Below are positions 58,996-64,000 of a DNA stretch of 64,000 nucleotides, one piece after another. Both the position numbers and the translations under genes were made by a program. Under the pieces are notes generated by a model. That model searched no databases, was not told the origin of the DNA, and saw nothing but the letters and a program-made list of their open reading frames with translations. How positions within the stretch are numbered: position 1 is the stretch's first letter; the number at the start of each line of letters is the position of its first letter. The stretch comes from Bacteroidota bacterium (GTDB taxonomy: Bacteria > Bacteroidota > Bacteroidia > Chitinophagales > BACL12), in NCBI GenBank assembly GCA_016124275.1, contig WGOA01000052.1, positions 7,440 through 71,439 on the forward strand, given 5' to 3'.

Positions 58996-60160
58996 TCCAT
59001 CTTATATCGAGCTTGATTTTGATCACCTGAAATCCAACAGGGAATTCCTGGCATCGCTCTGTAAAAAGCCATGTGAACTCAGCATGGTGGTGAAGGGCAA
59101 TGCCTATGGGCACGGTGTACGGGAGATGGTGGCCATGGCCGCTCAATGCGGGGTTCGTCATTTTTCGGTGTACAGCGCTGATGAAGCCGTAGAAGTTTTC
59201 GAGGCTGCGGATAGCCGGCCGGAAATCATGATCATGGGCAGCATTGACAACGACGCGATTGGCTGGGCAATTCACAATAATATAAGTATTTATATTTTTG
59301 ATCACGAACGATTGGAGCGTGCCATCAACATTGCCAAGGGACTCAAGACCAAAGTTCGCGTCCATCTGGAGTTAGAAACCGGAATGAACCGCACCGGAAT
59401 GGACCAAAAGGGCTTGAACAAGGCACTGGAAAGGGTCAAGGCCAATGCGGAGTATGTTCAACTTGTTGGCACATGCACCCATCTGGCGGGTGCAGAGAAT
59501 CGGCAAAATTTTGAGCGAATTCGCAACCAGATCAAGACGTTTAATGCATTGCGTCAACAATTTGTGCAGCATCAGGTTGACCCTGGAACTATCCACACCA
59601 GTTGCTCGGCTGGTTTGCTCAATTTTCCGGAGTACAACTTTGATCGGGTGCGCTCCGGTATTCTCCACTATGGCTTTTGGCCCAATGACCAAACCAGGGA
59701 GGCATTTCTTCAGCGAACAGGGCTGGAGCAGAGCCCACTGAAGCGAGTCATTTCCTGGAAAAGCCACATCATGGCTATCCAAGACGTGCAGCAGAATGAA
59801 TGGATCGGTTACGGGGAAACTTACCGGGCTCCCCGAAATCTTCGCATAGCCGTGGTGCCTGTCGGTTACTCACACGGATTTGATCGATCGCTGAGCAACA
59901 GAGGAAGTGTTTTGGTTCGCGGTCATTCCGCTCCGGTGGCCGGTATCGTCAACATGAATTGCATCTCCGTTGATGTGACGGATTGCCGCGGTGCTGCGCC
60001 TGGCGATGAAGTGGTGCTTATCGGCAAGCAAGGCGAATCAGAAATAACGGTGAGTTCTTTTAGCGAATCGCTCCATGTGCTCAACTACGAACTCTTGACC
60101 CGTTTGCCCCGCAGCATTCCCAGAAAAATTGTCAACAATGGCTTACCTCACTCTTCATAA
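58988..60160 (+). CDS. alr: Alanine racemase
   Basis: VVKGNAYGHG (PLP Lys), HLELETGMNRTG, VRSGI..YG, IGYG..Y, VPVGYSHG, NYELL. Confidence 0.88.
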   Translation: MFDPSYIELDFDHLKSNREFLASLCKKPCELSMVVKGNAYGHGVREMVAMAAQCGVRHFSVYSADEAVEVFEAADSRPEIMIMGSIDNDAIGWAIHNNISIYIFDHERLERAINIAKGLKTKVRVHLELETGMNRTGMDQKGLNKALERVKANAEYVQLVGTCTHLAGAENRQNFERIRNQIKTFNALRQQFVQHQVDPGTIHTSCSAGLLNFPEYNFDRVRSGILHYGFWPNDQTREAFLQRTGLEQSPLKRVISWKSHIMAIQDVQQNEWIGYGETYRAPRNLRIAVVPVGYSHGFDRSLSNRGSVLVRGHSAPVAGIVNMNCISVDVTDCRGAAPGDEVVLIGKQGESEITVSSFSESLHVLNYELLTRLPRSIPRKIVNNGLPHSS

Positions 60161-61208
60161 GGAGAACCTTGCCCGGAACTATGCTTTTTTGGAAGAGCAA
60201 TTCCAGCGCAGAGGCATTGCCTGGGCGGTGGTGACCAAACTGTTGTGTGGCAACAAGGAGTACTTGCGGCTGGTCTCCGAACTCGGTGCCACCGAAGTTT
60301 GCGATTCCCGTGTAAGCAACTTGCGCCTGATCAAGGAAATCAATCCGAAGATCCAAACGGTTTACATCAAACCCCCTGCCAAGCGAAGCATCGCCAGTGT
60401 TGTCCGCTATGCGGATGCCAGTTTCAATACGGAGATTCAAACCATAAAGTGGTTATCCAAAGAAGCCGTGCTGCAAAACAAATTGCACAAGGTGATCATC
60501 ATGATCGAGTTGGGCGATTTGCGCGAAGGCGTTATGGGCGAAGAACTGGTGGACTTTTATGAATCCGTTTTTCAACTGCCCAACATCCGGGTTACAGCCA
60601 TTGGATCCAACCTCAATTGCCTGCATGGGGTCATGCCATCCGAAGACAAACTGATTCAGCTCAGCCTCTACAAGCAACTCATCGAAGCCCGCTTTGATCG
60701 GGAGATTTCCTGGGTTACGGGCGGCACGTCCGTGGTATTGCCCATGATGCTGCGCGGTCAGTTGCCCAAAGGCATCAATCATTTTCGAATTGGCGAGTCG
60801 TTGTTTTTTGGCAAGAATATCGTTGACAATGATGTCTTGCCGGGTATGACCGATGATGTATTCAAACTGTACGCAGAGATCATTGAATTGCATGTCAAAC
60901 CAGTCATTCCCATTGGTGTGCTCGAAGCAAATCCAAGTGGCGTCGTCTACGAACTTAACGAGGAAAACTACGGAAAGACCGCAACGCGGGCCATCCTTGA
61001 CATTGGGCTGCTGGATGTATCGCCAGATTTTTTAATCCCCGACGATGTGCACATCACCGTGTTAGGAGCCAGTTCCGACATGCTGGTCATTGATTTGGGA
61101 GAACAAGAGCAAGACTACAAGGTCGGCGATTTAGTGGCCTTCAGCCTCCGTTACATGGGGGCATTGGGCGTCATGAATTCCAGGTACATCGAAAAGCGCA
61201 TCGTCTGA
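60138..61208 (+). CDS. Alanine/ornithine racemase-family PLP-dependent enzyme (fold III)
   Basis: VVTKLLCG (PLP Lys), DSRVSNL, MIELGDLREG, GSNLNC, GGTS, HFRIGE, GASSDML. Confidence 0.88.
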   Translation: MAYLTLHKENLARNYAFLEEQFQRRGIAWAVVTKLLCGNKEYLRLVSELGATEVCDSRVSNLRLIKEINPKIQTVYIKPPAKRSIASVVRYADASFNTEIQTIKWLSKEAVLQNKLHKVIIMIELGDLREGVMGEELVDFYESVFQLPNIRVTAIGSNLNCLHGVMPSEDKLIQLSLYKQLIEARFDREISWVTGGTSVVLPMMLRGQLPKGINHFRIGESLFFGKNIVDNDVLPGMTDDVFKLYAEIIELHVKPVIPIGVLEANPSGVVYELNEENYGKTATRAILDIGLLDVSPDFLIPDDVHITVLGASSDMLVIDLGEQEQDYKVGDLVAFSLRYMGALGVMNSRYIEKRIV

Positions 61209-61250
61209 GCTGGATTGCAGCGCACAAGTTGCCCTATGGCCATAGCGAAC

Positions 61251-61290
61251 AAAAGCCAAAAGCCACCCGGTTGAGTGGCTTTTGGCTTTT
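61251..61290. terminator. Bidirectional intrinsic terminator
   Basis: AAAAGCCAAAAGCCAC / GTGGCTTTTGGCTTTT 16-bp stem between convergent genes. Confidence 0.88.
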
Positions 61291-61373
61291 AATCCGTTAG
61301 CAGGATAGCGGCTGACTTTCTTGAACACGCCTATGCAGGGGGCAAGCAGGGCAACCCTTCCCGACTATGGTGG

Positions 61374-63527
61374 TTAGTGCTGCACCACCACCATTTGTGG
61401 GGTTTCAAAGCTGCCACCGTGAAGCAAGTACATACCATTAGGAATGTTCTGTACATCAAAGGACATGGTGTTGGCACCTTCCACTACCTGTGTGTTCCAG
61501 GTAGCCAGGGTACGGCCACTCAGGTCGGTCAGTTGAATGGGCAGTTCGGCAGTTACCGTGCTGGTCCAGACCAGATTCAAGGTGTTGGAAATTGGGTTAA
61601 TGACCTGCATCGAAGCAGTACGCAGTGCGGGTACGCTGAAAAACGCAACCGAAGAGTAGGGCGTCAAGCCGGCAGGGGTCAGGTCGCAGCCACAAGCCAC
61701 GCGCCAGTTGTAGGTAGCGCCGGCCTCAAGTCGGGCCGCGGGGATAAGCAGCGAGCTCACGCCGGAACCGGCAACACGTAATTTAGAAGTTGGGGAGCCT
61801 ACTTTGCCACCTTGTACCAAACATCCAATGGATTGAGCAACAGGGCTCCAGCTCAGGGTAACCCCTGCGCCGCCAACACTGGAAGAAAGGCCGGTAGGGG
61901 CCGTAGCGTTGTCGCAACCTGCCGGGGGCAGACCGAAGTAGATGTCATCCCACAAGTAAATCTTCTCACCAGCGGTGGTGCCGTCAACTCCGAAGTTGAA
62001 GAACACAGAAGCTTTGGTGAAGTCGTAGGAGGGGTTCAACACAGCCGTTCCGGGCACTTCGTTGTTGAAGTCAAACACCAGGGTCTCCCAGCCATTCGCT
62101 ACCGTATTGATCACATCGGTCTCTACGCTGCGGGTTGGATCGGTGGCATCTTCAATTTTCAAGCGAACCACGATACCGGCATCGGGTGAATAAACCCGTA
62201 TGCTCATGGTGCTCTCGGTAAACGTAACCGGGATCGGGTTGGCGAAGCCAGCCGTGGTGGACATGGTGGTACCGGCAAAGAACTGGGCACCAGGGCCTTT
62301 GGTGGTGCGGGCAACGGTGTTGCCGGCATCTTGAGGATCTGCTGCGAGTACAGTGCTGTTTCCCTCGAAATCAGTCAGCGTATAATCTACGCCGGGTTCG
62401 TCAAACGTGATGGGCAGGTCAATCAGGACAATGCCTGTGCCGCCGCCGCCAATGAACTCAACATTGTCCCAGAGGTAGGTTTTTTCGCCAGCTGTAGCAC
62501 CATCGGTGCCAAAGTTGAAGAAAATGGAGGCCTTGTTGAACGTATAGCTGATGTTCAGGGCAGCTGTACCGGGGGCCTCGTTGGCAAAATCAAAAATCAA
62601 GATCTCCCAAGCATTGGCAACCGTGGTCACGGCTTCCGTTTCTACGCTGCGCGTCGGGTCAGCGGCATCTTCAATTTTCAGGCGAACCGGAATGCCGGCA
62701 TCGGGCGAAAGGACCCGTACGCTCATGCGGGTGTCGCTGTTGCTAATGGCGATAGGGCTTGCCAAACCGGCAGGCGTCGACATGGTGGTACCTGCCCAAA
62801 GAGGCGCGGAAAGAGGCTTCGTCGTGCTCATGACGTTGTTGCCAGCGTCGAAGGGGTCAGTGGTTAAGGCCGAGATGTTGTCGCCAAAGTCGGTTACCGT
62901 GTAATCCACGGCGGGGTTGTCCCAGGTAATCGGCAGGTTAATGGGTGCCAGGACCAACGCAAAGTCGGTAATAATGTCATCGTAGTAAGAGGTCACGTCA
63001 ACGCCGGTGCCCGGAGCGCCAAAGTCAAAAAACAGCACCACCTGGGCGTAGTTGAAGCCACTGGCAGGAGTGAAGGGGCCTTCAAATGAACCGATCGTCG
63101 TGTTGAAAGTTACCTCAACCCACTGGTTGATGGCCGTAACCGGTTGCGTTTGAATCCAGTTTGCGCCGCCGTTGGTGGAGTTCTCCAATTTCAGGGAGAC
63201 CGATCCAACGTGGTCCATCCAGACTTTCATCCGTACCAGGTTGTCGGTAGCCAGATTCACTGAAGTAGCCGGAGGGGGATTGCCAAAGCAACCGGCAAAC
63301 GTTGCTCCGCAGCCCGACTTGGTAAAGGAGCCTACATTGGCGCTTGTGTTCAAACCAGAAGCATCTGGATTAGCCAGCAAGCCTGTATTGGTCCCTTCCA
63401 GGGTACAGTTGCCGAAATAGGTGAACGGGTTGGTTGTTCCTGGGGTCTCGTGGTCAAGAATGACCGTTTGCCCCCATGTTGTCCAGGGTAGAAGCCCCAA
63501 AACAATCAGATAGCATAATTTTCTCAT
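61374..63527 (-). CDS. Secreted T9SS-cargo protein with three repeated beta-sandwich (carbohydrate-binding-like) domains, an FN3-like domain and CTD
   Basis: Signal peptide; repeats LPIT.D...VDYT.TDF...VRLKIEDA.DPTRSVET...WE.L.FDF...KAS.FFNFG.DG...YLWD; C-terminal INP...DLSGR...PNGMYLL. Confidence 0.82.
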   Translation of the reverse strand: MRKLCYLIVLGLLPWTTWGQTVILDHETPGTTNPFTYFGNCTLEGTNTGLLANPDASGLNTSANVGSFTKSGCGATFAGCFGNPPPATSVNLATDNLVRMKVWMDHVGSVSLKLENSTNGGANWIQTQPVTAINQWVEVTFNTTIGSFEGPFTPASGFNYAQVVLFFDFGAPGTGVDVTSYYDDIITDFALVLAPINLPITWDNPAVDYTVTDFGDNISALTTDPFDAGNNVMSTTKPLSAPLWAGTTMSTPAGLASPIAISNSDTRMSVRVLSPDAGIPVRLKIEDAADPTRSVETEAVTTVANAWEILIFDFANEAPGTAALNISYTFNKASIFFNFGTDGATAGEKTYLWDNVEFIGGGGTGIVLIDLPITFDEPGVDYTLTDFEGNSTVLAADPQDAGNTVARTTKGPGAQFFAGTTMSTTAGFANPIPVTFTESTMSIRVYSPDAGIVVRLKIEDATDPTRSVETDVINTVANGWETLVFDFNNEVPGTAVLNPSYDFTKASVFFNFGVDGTTAGEKIYLWDDIYFGLPPAGCDNATAPTGLSSSVGGAGVTLSWSPVAQSIGCLVQGGKVGSPTSKLRVAGSGVSSLLIPAARLEAGATYNWRVACGCDLTPAGLTPYSSVAFFSVPALRTASMQVINPISNTLNLVWTSTVTAELPIQLTDLSGRTLATWNTQVVEGANTMSFDVQNIPNGMYLLHGGSFETPQMVVVQH

Positions 63528-63595
63528 GTTGGTAAATCTTTTTAAAACGTTTGTCCCAATGTCTTGAGAATCAAGGGACTTCTTGTCATAACGTC

Positions 63596-63666
63596 CTACA
63601 TCATGGCTACATCAGTTGATCTTTTTTTGCTGTAATCCCACAAAGCGCTACACCATCACTACATCA
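63596..63666. promoter_or_regulatory. Four CTACA(T/C)CA direct repeats, putative transcription-factor sites
   Basis: Starts at 63596, 63607, 63648, 63659: two pairs with 11-bp spacing. Confidence 0.65.
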
Positions 63667-63711
63667 TTGCCAAAAAAGCACGGCATTGTGCTTCAAAATT
63701 TGCAAAAAGCG

Positions 63712-63735
63712 AAGGGCCACCCGAGGGTGGCCCTT
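63712..63735 (-). terminator. Intrinsic terminator
   Basis: AAGGGCCACC-CGAG-GGTGGCCCTT; T-run nearby on the minus strand. Confidence 0.75.
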
Positions 63736-63760
63736 GCAAAAGTGCTTTTGGCGGGTCTGG

Positions 63761-64000
63761 CTATTGCTTAACCAGTTTTTCCATCCTGACCGTATCGCCC
63801 AACCGGATCTCCACCAGGTACAAACCCTCTGGCTGTCCGGACAGGTCCATGTTCAGCGTTGTCGCTGTTCCTTCAGCCACGACCTGAGCCTTCAGTGCGA
63901 CCTGGCCCAGATTGTTGAACACGGTAACCTGTCCGGACAAACCGGCAGAATTTTCCAGCAAGAGCTGGGTGGGTCCGGAAGTCGGGTTCGGGCGAAGGGC
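63761..64000 (-). CDS. C-terminal T9SS sorting domain of a protein extending beyond the window
   Basis: LRPNPTSG...VFNNLGQ...DLSGQPEGLYLVEI...KLVKQ. Confidence 0.85.
   Translation of the reverse strand, partial: ALRPNPTSGPTQLLLENSAGLSGQVTVFNNLGQVALKAQVVAEGTATTLNMDLSGQPEGLYLVEIRLGDTVRMEKLVKQ

Overview
GC-rich chromosomal region of a Bacteroidota bacterium, judged from PorP/SprF and T9SS C-terminal-domain proteins and the acpP-fabF-rnc and glmS-DUF4270-glycogen synthase-panC synteny. It holds about 57 CDSs, mostly housekeeping: asnB x2, GT4, crcB, polyprenyl synthase, lptB, recJ, ligA, pyk, acpP/fabF/rnc, TolC/MacA-like, tadA, sod, glmS, panC and dnaA with an upstream oriC-like spacer. It also carries a dispersed kynurenine (Trp catabolism) cluster and three AT-richer accessory patches. 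The best leads are: (1) a ~100-nt base-paired 5' leader, a riboswitch candidate, in front of an SSS symporter-GNAT-M20 amidohydrolase-two-racemase operon next to dnaA; (2) an AAA_14/wHTH/DUF4143 ATPase-nuclease gene preceded by three 32-bp-periodic palindromic repeats; (3) a small coiled-coil lipoprotein ending in three IDVTKKGGG repeats; (4) shared ATAACAT/ATGTTAT palindromes in two kynurenine-cluster spacers; (5) four phased CTACATCA boxes upstream of a secreted repeat-domain protein. No rRNA, tRNA, CRISPR array or transposase was recognised. All product calls come from motif recognition by eye, not database searches.
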